Shown here piece after piece: positions 1 to 9,638 of a stretch of 64,000 nt of DNA (positions are counted from its first letter, which is position 1; every line of letters starts with the position of its first letter). Source of the DNA: an uncultured Clostridia bacterium (lineage in GTDB: Bacteria > Bacillota > Clostridia > TANB77 > CAG-508). The translations under genes were made by a program, and so were the position numbers. Under the pieces are notes generated by a model. That model ran no database searches. It worked only from the letters and a program-made list of their open reading frames with translations, and was not told the DNA's origin. The stretch lies in assembly GCA_904419495.1 (NCBI GenBank), contig CAJFRV010000002.1, forward strand, positions 27,245 to 91,244. Reading direction: 5' to 3'.

Positions 1-243
1 AAAAAAATAGAAGAAAGTGAAAGATTACAGAATTTTGCCGCTTTAGGTTTATTTATATTTGTTGCCATTCCATTACCCGGAACAGGTGCATGGGTTGGTT
101 CACTAATTGCAAACTTTTTAGATTTACCACCAAAAAAGGCAATACCACCAATTGTTGCTGGTGTTTTTGCAGCAGGTATCATTGTACTTACTTTAACAGC
201 TATTGCAAATGGCGGTATACAATATTTATTACAAAGAGCTTAA
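1..243 (+). CDS. C-terminal part of a small integral membrane protein, COG2426-like 'small multidrug export' type; 5' end lies outside the window
   Basis: Frame 1 is open from base 1 to TAA at 241-243. It reads ...FAALGLFIFVAIPLPGTGAWVGSLIANFLDLPPKKAIPPIVAGVFAAGIIVLTLTAIANG... The PLPGTGAW-GS-IA motif between hydrophobic helices is what I recall for that family. The ORF track missed it because there is no start codon in the window; ORF 90..296 is an out-of-frame artefact. Confidence 0.55.
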   Translation, partial: KKIEESERLQNFAALGLFIFVAIPLPGTGAWVGSLIANFLDLPPKKAIPPIVAGVFAAGIIVLTLTAIANGGIQYLLQRA

Positions 244-535
244 TGTCCAATTGGGGACGTTTCCTTTTGGACATTCTTATGATTTTAGTTTTATAAAAAA
301 TATTATATAAGAAAAAATTATGAAATGACGAATGCTAATGAAATCATATTAGAAAAAATTAAAGTATCTAATAGGAGAATCTCAAAGTTAATTTTGAGAG
401 GTGCCTATTAGATACTTTTAATTTTTCTTTATGATGCAATGCCAGCCGAGGAATGTAATAATTTTTTCTTATATAGTATTTTTTTATTTATTAATATTTA
501 AAAATGTCCAAAAAGAAACGTCCCCAATTGAACAT
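242..535. repeat. ~290-bp imperfect palindrome filling the gap between two convergent genes; its two ends are inverted copies of the GGGGACGTTTC-loop hairpin unit
   Basis: 242-276 is AATGTCCAAttggggacgtttccttTTGGACATT. 501-535 is its reverse complement with about 3 changes. Inner arms also pair (295-321 with 458-485; 351-375 with 404-430), with the centre near 389. Copy A starts 1 nt after the TAA at 241-243. Copy B ends 6 nt before the stop of the minus-strand gene at 542. Confidence 0.85.
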
Positions 536-541
536 ACAATT

Positions 542-1684
542 TTAAATCATCTCTTTTGATAATTTCTTCTTCGTTTCTTTATATTTTATAAAATCATCTA
601 GTAATATTTTTATAACCGCAATGACTGGTACTGCTAAAAACATTCCTAATATGCCAAAATAAGCTCCTCCAAATGTCACAGCGAACAATACTAATAATGG
701 ACTAATTTTTAATGACTTTCCTACAATTCTTGGATTAATTATGTTTGCATCAATTTGTTGTAAAATGATAACAACAATTAACATCCAAATAGTTTGTGAC
801 AAACCTCCTGTTATTAAAGTAATAATTGCTGCTATAACTGTTGCAATAATTGCTCCAACATATGGTATCATGTTAAATAGCCCTATAAAAAATCCTAATA
901 ATGGTGCATATTTTACTCCCATAATTGTCATTGCAATAGATACTAATATTCCTACAACAATTGCGTCTACGAATTGACTCGCTATAAATTTGAAAAATAT
1001 TTCATTTGAATTATTAAAATATTTATCTATATTTTTATATATCCTTTCTTTAAAAACTGCACCTGCTAGTCTTTTAAAAAAAGTTAATATTTTTCTTCTA
1101 TCTACCAATATATATACTGATACAATGATTGCTATAAATATATCTACAATACTAAAAATAGCTCCAATTGCATTAACAAGATATCCTAATATTACTTCTA
1201 CATCTAAATATTGTTTAATGTCTATATTTTGTAGATTATGAATCTCATCTTGAACAATTTGGCTTTTAAATATTGAATCTTGTGGTAAATTATTATATGC
1301 ATTTATTACTTGTTCAACATAGTTTGGAATATTGCTAAAAAAGTCTGCTACACTATCAAAGACAATTGGCAATATTACTGAAAATAATATACAAATTGCT
1401 GCTATAATGATGATATATACTGTAATAACACTTAAAATCCTTGCTTTTTTTGCAATGAATTTTATTTTTGTTTTTGTATATAATTCTTCAAATTTTCTTG
1501 ATGGCATATATAATAAATAAGCAATAAATATACCGATTAAGAAGGGGCTAATCACTCCAAAAAAAGTATTTAGTACCCCCATTACATTTTCATAATTGTC
1601 TAAAATTTTATAGATACAGATTAATGCTAATCCTAAGAAAAAACAATATAACCATCTTTTCCAATTATGTTTTATTTCATTCAT
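542..1684 (-). CDS. AI-2E family transporter (PerM/UPF0118-type permease)
   Basis: 380 aa, multi-TM. The C-terminal block NMIPYVGAIIATVIAAI...QQIDANIINPRIVGKSLKISPLLVLFAVTFGGAYFGILGMFLAVP is typical of the family. AGGAGG lies 6 nt upstream of the ATG. Confidence 0.8.
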   Translation of the reverse strand: MNEIKHNWKRWLYCFFLGLALICIYKILDNYENVMGVLNTFFGVISPFLIGIFIAYLLYMPSRKFEELYTKTKIKFIAKKARILSVITVYIIIIAAICILFSVILPIVFDSVADFFSNIPNYVEQVINAYNNLPQDSIFKSQIVQDEIHNLQNIDIKQYLDVEVILGYLVNAIGAIFSIVDIFIAIIVSVYILVDRRKILTFFKRLAGAVFKERIYKNIDKYFNNSNEIFFKFIASQFVDAIVVGILVSIAMTIMGVKYAPLLGFFIGLFNMIPYVGAIIATVIAAIITLITGGLSQTIWMLIVVIILQQIDANIINPRIVGKSLKISPLLVLFAVTFGGAYFGILGMFLAVPVIAVIKILLDDFIKYKETKKKLSKEMI

Positions 1685-1747
1685 AAGCTTCCTCCTTTTA
1701 TACGTTTTCCTTTTTACACATATTGTGTATTTTTATTATTTATATTT

Positions 1748-2500
1748 TTAGTTAATAATTAATCCGACTGGACAATGGTCACTTCCCATAATTTCCGGAT
1801 AAATCATTGCGTCTTCGATTTTATCCTTTATATCTTTTGATACAATGAAATAATCAATTCTCCATCCTACATTTTTTTCTCTCGCTTTTCCCATATATGA
1901 CCACCAACTATAGCTATCAGTTTTATCTGGATATACATATCGAAAAGTATCTATAAATCCTGCTGACAATAACGCTGTCATTTTTTCTCTTTCTTCGTCA
2001 GTAAATCCAGCATTGCCTCTGTTAGATTTTGGATTCTTTAAATCTATTTCTTTATGTGCAACATTTAAATCTCCGCACATAATTACTGGTTTTTCCTGAT
2101 TCAATTTTAATAAATACTTTCTTATCTCATCTTCCCAAATCTGTCTATAATCTAATCTTTCTAATCCTCTTTTTGCATTTGGGGTATAAATATTTACCAT
2201 ATAAAAATCCTTAAATTCTAAAGTAATCACTCTTCCTTCTTTATCATGTTCGTCTATTCCAATTCCATAGGTCACACAAATAGGTTTTTGTTTTGTAAAG
2301 ATAGCTGTTCCAGAATATCCTTTTTTTTCTGCGCTATTCCAATAAGCATAATATCCATCAAATTCTAATTCAATTTGTTCTGGCTGACATTTTGTCTCTT
2401 GTATACAAAATATATCTGCATTGATTTTTTCAAAAAATTCTTTAAATCCTTTATTAACACATGCACGTATTCCATTAACATTCCATGATATCAGTTTCAT
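1748..2500 (-). CDS. xth: Exodeoxyribonuclease III (AP endonuclease, EEP fold)
   Basis: 250 aa. MKLISWNVNGIRA..., ...IFCIQETK..., ...GDLNVAH..., ...WRIDYF...SDHCPV are classic ExoIII/ExoA motifs. An AAGGAG RBS is present. Confidence 0.92.
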   Translation of the reverse strand: MKLISWNVNGIRACVNKGFKEFFEKINADIFCIQETKCQPEQIELEFDGYYAYWNSAEKKGYSGTAIFTKQKPICVTYGIGIDEHDKEGRVITLEFKDFYMVNIYTPNAKRGLERLDYRQIWEDEIRKYLLKLNQEKPVIMCGDLNVAHKEIDLKNPKSNRGNAGFTDEEREKMTALLSAGFIDTFRYVYPDKTDSYSWWSYMGKAREKNVGWRIDYFIVSKDIKDKIEDAMIYPEIMGSDHCPVGLIIN

Positions 2501-2619
2501 CTATTTTCTCCTTGTTTCAATATTGTTTTTATAATAACATTTCCATTTTTATTATGTAAAAATTTAACTTTTATATATATAGAAAAGTTAGAACAAAATA
2601 TATTTTTCTATATAGTAAA

Positions 2620-2646
2620 AATACTAGAGTTCTAAAACTCTAGTAA
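2620..2646 (-). terminator. Putative intrinsic terminator after the 3D-domain gene
   Basis: CTAGAGTTctaaAACTCTAG hairpin about 20 nt downstream of the stop at 2665. It is followed by a U-rich stretch on the minus strand. Confidence 0.45.
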
Positions 2647-2664
2647 ATTATACTATATATTCTC

Positions 2665-3597
2665 TTAATTTACAACATTTACATTTAGGTATCTTACACC
2701 CCATTGTAAAGCTTCTGCATGTGAATTAACAAATATATCAATTTTATTTCCGTTAATAGCTCCACCTCTATCTTCAACTGTATAAATGTGTCCACCTATG
2801 TTTAATTTTGTACCAAAAGCAAACTTACTAGAGGCTGCAACTGTTCTTCCTGCTGTTGCTTTCGTTCCTGATGCTGTTCTTCCATTTGTTTTACCACAAC
2901 ATTTGCTACATGGGCAATATGCGGTTATTTTATATACAGTTCCTCCTGTACTTGAAGTGCTTGATGTTCTTGGTAGTGTTGAACTTCTTGAAGTTGCCTT
3001 TTTTTGTACTTGAACGATTTTATTCACTGGTTCTTGTACAACAACTTCTGATATTACTGACTTTTCAATTTCTACATCATTTTGATATTTCACTTTATAG
3101 GTTACTTCTTTTAATCCATCTTTTCCCTCTTGAACAACTTTATTAGTTGTTTCTGTTGATGTTCCTGTTGTATTTTTTGTAATTGTTTCATAAGGTATAA
3201 CCACTTGTTCTACAACGATTTTTTCTGTTATTGGTGCATAATTTTCTAATAATTGATCTAATGAAGTTTCTATACCTTCTTCTGATATTTTAGCAATCTG
3301 TACTTCATTATATGATCTATCTGTTATCTTAATTGTATCTCCTGAAGATATTTCACTATCTAAATCAGGTATTGTTTTTTGATCTTCATTTAAGATAATA
3401 TTGTTTTCATTTAATATTTCTGATACTTTGTTTTTAGATGTCAAAGTAGTCATTTCATATCCATTTTGTAAAACAATCGTTATGTCTTTTAAGTCTGTGT
3501 TTACTGCCATTACACTAATTCCTGATATTAATATTAAAATTATGCTCACACAGATAATCTTCATTATAGAAATTGAAGCCTTCTCTTCTCTTTTCAT
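2665..3597 (-). CDS. Cell-wall associated DUF348 / G5 / 3D-domain protein (YabE-like)
   Basis: 310 aa with an N-terminal membrane anchor. It has a DUF348-like segment (ITIVLQNGYEMTTLTSKNKVSEIL...GDTIKITDRS) and a G5-like segment (VVQEGKDGLKEVTYKVKYQNDVEIEKSVISEVVVQEPVNKIV). The C-terminal 3D domain reads YKITAYCPCSKCCGKTNGRTASG...YTVEDRGGAINGNKIDIFV. Confidence 0.8.
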   Translation of the reverse strand: MKREEKASISIMKIICVSIILILISGISVMAVNTDLKDITIVLQNGYEMTTLTSKNKVSEILNENNIILNEDQKTIPDLDSEISSGDTIKITDRSYNEVQIAKISEEGIETSLDQLLENYAPITEKIVVEQVVIPYETITKNTTGTSTETTNKVVQEGKDGLKEVTYKVKYQNDVEIEKSVISEVVVQEPVNKIVQVQKKATSRSSTLPRTSSTSSTGGTVYKITAYCPCSKCCGKTNGRTASGTKATAGRTVAASSKFAFGTKLNIGGHIYTVEDRGGAINGNKIDIFVNSHAEALQWGVRYLNVNVVN

Positions 3598-3936
3598 AAA
3601 ATTAAATTACCTCCTTTTGGCAACACAAATATATTATACTATTTTTTTCATCAAAAGTCAAATTTTGGTATGTTTTTTCCTTACAACCCTTTATTCCCTA
3701 AGTATTTTCTTGTTTTTCATTTTTTATGTTTACATAATATTTTACTTAAAATCATTTATATTTGTCCATTTTTTGTCCATACTATATGATATGAAAATTT
3801 TTAAAAAATATGACTTTTATTTTAATTTTTTTATTTTTTTTTTAATATTTCATCTTTTGGTCATATTTATATTGTATAAATGATATGAATATGTTATGAT
3901 TATTTATATATAATAATATTAAGGAGGAATTCATAC

Positions 3937-4494
3937 ATGATTGGTTGGATTATATTAGCAGTTATCGTTGTTATTGTTATTGCTGTAATTGGTATGTATA
4001 ATAGTCTAGTTCAAGCAAGAATAAAAGTAGATAATGCATGGAGCCAAATTGATGTACAATTACAAAGAAGATTTGACTTAATTCCTAATTTTGTAGAAAC
4101 TGTTAAAGGATATATGACTCACGAATCTGAAACTTTTGAAAGAATTGCCGAATTAAGAACATCATGGGCTAATACAGAAAGTGTTGCTGAAAAAGCTTCA
4201 TTAGACAATGAATTATCTAATGCTTTAAAAACAATTATGGCTGTTTCTGAGGGTTATCCAGACTTAAAAGCAAATCAAAACTTTTCAGAATTGTCTGAAG
4301 AATTAAGAAATACAGAAAACAAAATCTCTTTTTCAAGACAATTCTATAATGATACTGTAACAATGTATAATACAAAACTTGAAGTTTTCCCATCTAACAT
4401 CATTGCTGGCATATTCAATTTTAAATCACGTGATTTATTTGAAGCTGAAAGTGCTGATGCTAGAAAAAATGTTAAAGTAGATTTTGGAAAATAA
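3937..4494 (+). CDS. lemA: LemA family protein
   Basis: 185 aa with an N-terminal TM. It reads YNSLVQARIKVDNAWSQIDVQLQRRFDLIPNFVETVKGY...FYNDTVTMYNTKLEVFPSNIIAGIF. An AAGGAGG RBS is present. Confidence 0.9.
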   Translation: MIGWIILAVIVVIVIAVIGMYNSLVQARIKVDNAWSQIDVQLQRRFDLIPNFVETVKGYMTHESETFERIAELRTSWANTESVAEKASLDNELSNALKTIMAVSEGYPDLKANQNFSELSEELRNTENKISFSRQFYNDTVTMYNTKLEVFPSNIIAGIFNFKSRDLFEAESADARKNVKVDFGK

Positions 4495-4505
4495 TATGAA
4501 TTTAA

Positions 4506-4541
4506 AAGAAGGGATGGGGATACCTTTTCCCTTCTTTTACT
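4506..4541 (+). terminator. Hairpin plus T-run between lemA and htpX (terminator or attenuator)
   Basis: AAGAAGGGA...TCCCTTCTT stem followed by TTTTAC, 12 nt after the lemA stop. Confidence 0.5.
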
Positions 4542-4559
4542 TTATTAGAGGAGAATATT

Positions 4560-5456
4560 ATGTTTGAAACAAGTAAAAAGAATAAATTAGAATCTGGCTT
4601 TATTATTGGAATATTTATTTTAGTGATTACCTTAATTGTTTACTATATTTGTCATGCCTTAGAATTAGGAACTATGTCAATTGTCATTGCTCTCATATTT
4701 TCTATCGGTTCTGCTTGGGCATCTTATTACTATAGTGATAAAATCGTATTATCTCTTAATAAAGCAAGACCAGCTACAAAAGAAGAAGATCAGAAATTAG
4801 TAAATATTTTGGATGCCTTAATGATTACTTCTGGGTTACCAAATAAACCTAGGCTTTATGTTGTTGATGATCTTCAACCAAATGCTTTTGCAACAGGAAG
4901 AAATCCTCAAAATGCTGTTATTTGTGTAACAACAGGTCTTTTAGAAAAGTTAGATTATTATGAATTAGAAGGTGTTATTGCTCACGAAATGAGTCATATT
5001 AAAAACTATGATATTCGTTTAAGTTGTGTCGTTTCTGTTATGGTAGGTTTTATTGTTATGTTATCTGATTTATTCTCTCGTGCTTTATTTTGGGGAGGCA
5101 TGAAAGATAGAGATAGTGATGGTAAAGCAAATGGAATCTTAATGTTAATCGGATTAGTATTTTTAATTTTAGCCCCTATATTTGGTTCTCTTATGCAACT
5201 TGCTTTATCTAGAAAAAGAGAATTTTTAGCAGATAGTACAGCTGTTGAATTTACACGTAATCCAGATGGATTAATCTCAGCCTTAGAAAAATTGGAAAAT
5301 GACTCTAATCAATTAAAAACAGCTAACAATGCAACTGCAAATATGTATATTGTAAATCCATTTAAGAAAAATGGTAAGAAAAAAACAACAAATATTTGGT
5401 CTACACATCCAAGTACAGAAGATAGAATTGAGGCTTTGAGAAATTTAAAGTATTAA
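4560..5456 (+). CDS. htpX: HtpX-like M48 zinc metalloprotease
   Basis: 298 aa. It has two N-terminal TM helices, HEMSHIKNYD (HExxH), two more TM helices, and SRKREFLADS...STHPSTEDRIEAL. Pairing with lemA is a conserved arrangement. Confidence 0.9.
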   Translation: MFETSKKNKLESGFIIGIFILVITLIVYYICHALELGTMSIVIALIFSIGSAWASYYYSDKIVLSLNKARPATKEEDQKLVNILDALMITSGLPNKPRLYVVDDLQPNAFATGRNPQNAVICVTTGLLEKLDYYELEGVIAHEMSHIKNYDIRLSCVVSVMVGFIVMLSDLFSRALFWGGMKDRDSDGKANGILMLIGLVFLILAPIFGSLMQLALSRKREFLADSTAVEFTRNPDGLISALEKLENDSNQLKTANNATANMYIVNPFKKNGKKKTTNIWSTHPSTEDRIEALRNLKY

Positions 5457-5466
5457 AATATATAAA

Positions 5467-5502
5467 ATCCCATTTCTTTTTATTATATTAAAGAAATGGG
5501 AT
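5467..5502. terminator. Bidirectional intrinsic terminator between convergent htpX and the LRR gene
   Basis: 13-bp perfect stem ATCCCATTTCTTT / AAAGAAATGGGAT, flanked by an A-run and a T-run. Confidence 0.75.
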
Positions 5503-5518
5503 TTTTATATATTTCTTT

Positions 5519-8503
5519 TTAATTATTTTTAATTTCTTCTACTCCTAAATATATCTTTCTTAGTTGCGATAAATCTGTTAAACTGATTTTTCCATCATTG
5601 TTTATGTCCCCTGATAAAAATAATTCATTCTCTAAATTTTCTATTCCTAAATTATATTTCCTTTCTATTGATATATCTGATAATGTTATTTTTCCATCTT
5701 TATTTAGATCTCCTATTACACTAATAACATATTCTTCTCCTAAATCTGTTACTATTTTACTTCCTGTTGTTACAAATGTTTGTCCTTCTATTTGTTCTTC
5801 TTTTGTATTAACCACTTTATATCCTATTTTGGTATCTATATTCTTTTGAAATTCATTTATTGTTGTTTCTGGTAGTACTGTTAAAATAAAGTAATTATGA
5901 TTATCAACTACATATTTTTCTGATTTTATATCTGTTATGACATATCCACAATGTTCTTCTTCTGCATAATTCGGAACTATAGAAGCAGATTTTATATATA
6001 ATAATGTATTTTTAGAAAAACATTGGACATCTATTTGTTCTACCTTTGGAGGTATAATTAAATTTGTTAAATTATTGCAAAGATAAAACGAATCAGACTC
6101 TATGGTTTTTAAGTTTTTCGGAAGTTTTACACTTTGCAAATTTTCACAAGAATAAAATGTCCTAGGTTTTATTTCTGATACTCCTTCTGGAATTGTTATA
6201 CTCGTTAAACTACTACATCCATTAAATGCATTTTCTTCTATGTTGGTTACTGTATCTGGAATTCGTATATTTGTTAAATTTGTACATCCAAAAAATGCAC
6301 GCATTTTTATGCTATTTACTTTTCCTAAACACTCAATATTTTTTAAATTTTTACAGTTCTCAAATGCATTCGCTTCTATTGCAACTATTTTTTCAGGAAT
6401 ACTATAATTTGTATCTTGTTTTTGTGCAGGATATTTTATTAGTTTCGTCTCTTCTTTATCAAATAAAATTCCATCTCTACTCATAAAATACATATTATTG
6501 CTATCTACTTCTATTTTTTCTAGATTATCACATCCTTCAAAAGATATACCTATTTGTTTTACTTTTTCTGGTATTCTAACACTTGTTAAACTTTCACAAT
6601 TCTCAAAAATCCCATCTCCTATTTTAATTAAATTATCAGGAAGTTTTACGCTTTCTAAATTTGTACAATTCTGTAATATGTAACTTTCTAATACTTCTAT
6701 TCCATTAGGAAATTCTATACTTGTTAAACTTTTACATCCCTCAAAAGCATATGGATCTATCATAGTTACATTTTCTGGTAAATTTATACTGATTAAACTA
6801 CTACATTCTGAAAATGTATAATAGTCTATTTTAGTTATCTTATCCGGTAATTCTAGATTTACTAAACTTCTACATTTTTCAAATGCCTCACGTCCTATAC
6901 TAGCTATACTTTCAGGCAATTCTACACTTACTAAATTACTACATCCTTCAAATGCTGAATTCCCAATATTAGATATCCCTTCACTAATAATAGCTTTTTG
7001 AATGACTCTATCATATTGCGTCTCATGCCAATCTTCCTTTTCATCGTCTCTTAGGTCTTTCATGTTACCTTTTCCAGATATGGTTAAAATTTTACTTTCC
7101 AATGTCCATGTTGCCAATATACTATTATTTCCTTCTTCTGAAATATCCCATGTCTTTTCTCTTTCTATTTTATAGGTAGTTTCTACTTTAGTTGCTTCTC
7201 CTTCTAAAACATATGGTATTTTGCTATCTTCTGCAAAGGCATGTGCACTACTATCTGCTTTAACATATAAAACTAAACGATCACAACCTTCAAAAATGAA
7301 AATTCCATTAAATTCTATTACACTTTCTGGTATTTCTAAATCTGTCAAATTACAGCATCCTCTAAATGCTTCTTCAGATATACTTTTCACATTATTTGGA
7401 ATCTCTATAGTTTCTAAACTTGTACAATCTTCAAAAGCGGACACTCTTATATTTTCTACTTTTTCTGGTATTTTGATATATGTTAAACTACTACAACCAT
7501 TAAATACATCTCTTTCTATACTAGTTATTTGCGTTGGAAGCTCTATATTTATTAAGTTACTACAATTAATAAATGCACCGCTTTCTATGTTCTTTACACT
7601 TTCTGGTATCTCTATATTCTTTAAATTACTACAATTTGAAAACGCTCCACTTTTTATTATTTCTACACTTTCTGGTATCTCTATATCTATCAAATTGACA
7701 CAATCGTTAAATGCATCTTCTCCTATCACTGTCACTCCATTAGGAATACGATAATTTGTGTTTTCTTTTTTAGCTGGATATATTAGAATATTAGTTTTTT
7801 CTTTATTAAATAAAATTCCATCTTCACTAATATAGTGAGTGTTGTCACTACTAACTTCTATGCTTTCTAGTTCTGAACATCCTGAAAAAATGCTATCACC
7901 TATGTTTGTTACATTTTTTGGAATATTGATTTTTGTAAACTTTTTACACTTTATAAATGCATTTGACTCTATTGTTTCTACACTTTCTGGTATTTCTATT
8001 GTTTCTAAATTTATACAATCTCTAAATGCAGATTCTCCTATAGTTTTTAATCCTTCTGGCATCTTAATACTTGTCATACTAGTAAATCCTTGAAATGCTT
8101 TTCTTCCTATTCCTGTTATTCCATCTGATATAACTACTTTTTGAATCAATGCTTGATATTTTGTCTGATTCCAACCATTATCATTACTTGTATCCCACCA
8201 ATCCTTCATCTTTCCAGTACCTGTAATTGTTAATGTCCTATCTTTTAACGTCCACTTTGCTATAATACTTCCATCACCATCTACAGAAATATCCCATATT
8301 TCCTCATCTTTCACTTCATATTCCGTGCTGACTTCTTCATTAGTTTGTTCTTCATCCGTCATTTCTTTCATATCTGCATTTTTCAAATCACCTTCTACTG
8401 CCCATACTTCTATTTGAAATATAGGTACGATTGATAATAATATTTGACAAATAATTGTTAATGTACATACAGTAGAAATTATTTTTCTAATCCCCTTACT
8501 CAT
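5519..8503 (-). CDS. Secreted BspA-type leucine-rich-repeat protein with an internal duplication and a C-terminal type I dockerin
   Basis: 994 aa with a signal or anchor helix. It contains two ~380-aa modules. Each opens with E..WDIS..G..SI.A.WTL....LTI.G.G.M.D and is followed by about 23-aa repeats of the IPESV..I...AF..C..L type. The C-terminus reads GDLNKDGKITLSDIS...GDINNDGKISLTDLSQLRKIYLG, a duplicated Ca-binding dockerin motif. Confidence 0.8.
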   Translation of the reverse strand: MSKGIRKIISTVCTLTIICQILLSIVPIFQIEVWAVEGDLKNADMKEMTDEEQTNEEVSTEYEVKDEEIWDISVDGDGSIIAKWTLKDRTLTITGTGKMKDWWDTSNDNGWNQTKYQALIQKVVISDGITGIGRKAFQGFTSMTSIKMPEGLKTIGESAFRDCINLETIEIPESVETIESNAFIKCKKFTKINIPKNVTNIGDSIFSGCSELESIEVSSDNTHYISEDGILFNKEKTNILIYPAKKENTNYRIPNGVTVIGEDAFNDCVNLIDIEIPESVEIIKSGAFSNCSNLKNIEIPESVKNIESGAFINCSNLINIELPTQITSIERDVFNGCSSLTYIKIPEKVENIRVSAFEDCTSLETIEIPNNVKSISEEAFRGCCNLTDLEIPESVIEFNGIFIFEGCDRLVLYVKADSSAHAFAEDSKIPYVLEGEATKVETTYKIEREKTWDISEEGNNSILATWTLESKILTISGKGNMKDLRDDEKEDWHETQYDRVIQKAIISEGISNIGNSAFEGCSNLVSVELPESIASIGREAFEKCRSLVNLELPDKITKIDYYTFSECSSLISINLPENVTMIDPYAFEGCKSLTSIEFPNGIEVLESYILQNCTNLESVKLPDNLIKIGDGIFENCESLTSVRIPEKVKQIGISFEGCDNLEKIEVDSNNMYFMSRDGILFDKEETKLIKYPAQKQDTNYSIPEKIVAIEANAFENCKNLKNIECLGKVNSIKMRAFFGCTNLTNIRIPDTVTNIEENAFNGCSSLTSITIPEGVSEIKPRTFYSCENLQSVKLPKNLKTIESDSFYLCNNLTNLIIPPKVEQIDVQCFSKNTLLYIKSASIVPNYAEEEHCGYVITDIKSEKYVVDNHNYFILTVLPETTINEFQKNIDTKIGYKVVNTKEEQIEGQTFVTTGSKIVTDLGEEYVISVIGDLNKDGKITLSDISIERKYNLGIENLENELFLSGDINNDGKISLTDLSQLRKIYLGVEEIKNN

Positions 8504-8735
8504 ATATAATACTCCTCTCTATCCGTCCAATGATTCTTATATTAAAGATATTTTTCCTACTTATACTATATATACTTTTCTATTCCTTGTAAATACTATA
8601 TTTATTTGCCAATACATAGCCTTCTCTTCAACACTTACGGATCTCATTTTTTCGTTTCTAATGTCTATATATTAAATTTTTATGACATTTTAATCACTAT
8701 TGTATTATATATCCCTCCCTACTCATTTTATATAT

Positions 8736-8766
8736 AAAAAAAAACAGACGTATTTGTTACGTCCGT
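8736..8766 (-). terminator. Intrinsic terminator after tatD
   Basis: The minus strand reads ACGGACGTAacaaaTACGTCTGT followed by a run of 9 T, about 35 nt after the stop at 8801. Confidence 0.6.
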
Positions 8767-8800
8767 AGTATTTTATACTTTATTATATGATATTTTTTGA

Positions 8801-9592
8801 CTATATATCAAAAATAGTTGTAGCATTTTTATATGTAATCTTTGCCACATCTTCTAATGATATTTTCTTTACTTCTGCCACTTTTTGTGCAATAAATTTA
8901 ACATTTCTTGGATCATTTCTTGTTCCTCTAACTGGTTCTGGCGCTAAATATGGACTATCTGTTTCAATTAACATTTTATCATTTGGAACCATTTCTATTA
9001 TTTCATTTGCATTTTTTGAATTTTTAAATGTTATCGTTCCTGCAAAAGATATATAGAATCCTAATTTCAAGGCTTCTTTTACCAATTCTCGATTTAATGG
9101 ACAACAATGAAAAACACCTTTTTTATCAACAGGATTTTTCTTTAAAATCTCAATTGTATCCATTACCGCTTCTCTTGTATGTATCACAATTGGCAAATCA
9201 AATTTATTTGCTATTTCTATTTGTCTCACAAATGCTTGCTTTTGCCAATCTCTTCTTTTCAAATCTTTTTCCCAATAATAATCTAAACCAATTTCTCCTA
9301 TTGCAACAATTTTGCTATCATCTATATTTTCTTTCACTAAAGTTTTAATCTCACCTATATCTTTCCACAATTCATCTTCTGTTTGTGGAATATCATTAGG
9401 AGAAATACCACAAGTTGTGTATATAAATTCATATTTTTTAGACAATGCTATCCCTGTTTTTGAAGCTTCTTTACTATATCCAGCAGACACAAACTTTGTA
9501 ATATCTGCTTTTCTTATTTCTTCAATTAATTTTTCTCTATCCACATCAAATCTTGCGTCATCTAAGTGACAATGACTATCTAAAAATTCCAT
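8801..9592 (-). CDS. tatD: TatD family metal-dependent hydrolase/DNase (YabD-like)
   Basis: 263 aa. MEFLDSHCHLDD..., ...GEIGLDYYW..., ...PIVIHTREA..., ...GVFHCC..., ...ISFAGTITFKN..., ...LIETDSPYLAP. Confidence 0.9.
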   Translation of the reverse strand: MEFLDSHCHLDDARFDVDREKLIEEIRKADITKFVSAGYSKEASKTGIALSKKYEFIYTTCGISPNDIPQTEDELWKDIGEIKTLVKENIDDSKIVAIGEIGLDYYWEKDLKRRDWQKQAFVRQIEIANKFDLPIVIHTREAVMDTIEILKKNPVDKKGVFHCCPLNRELVKEALKLGFYISFAGTITFKNSKNANEIIEMVPNDKMLIETDSPYLAPEPVRGTRNDPRNVKFIAQKVAEVKKISLEDVAKITYKNATTIFDI

Positions 9593-9638
9593 TTTTATCT
9601 ACCTCCTTTGATGATTTTGGGGACGGAGAAAAAAATCA

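Noticed and set aside
90-296. 68-aa ORF at the left edge.
   Set aside because: It is out of frame with the clearly membrane-protein-like frame-1 reading that runs from base 1 to the TAA at 241-243. It also runs through the terminator hairpin.
3401-3883. 160-aa Phe/Ile/Leu-rich ORF spanning the 3598-3936 intergenic region.
   Set aside because: It starts inside the 3D-domain gene on the opposite strand and has no RBS. Its composition is what any frame of T-rich promoter DNA gives. The region is better explained as the divergent promoter region of the 3D-domain gene and lemA.
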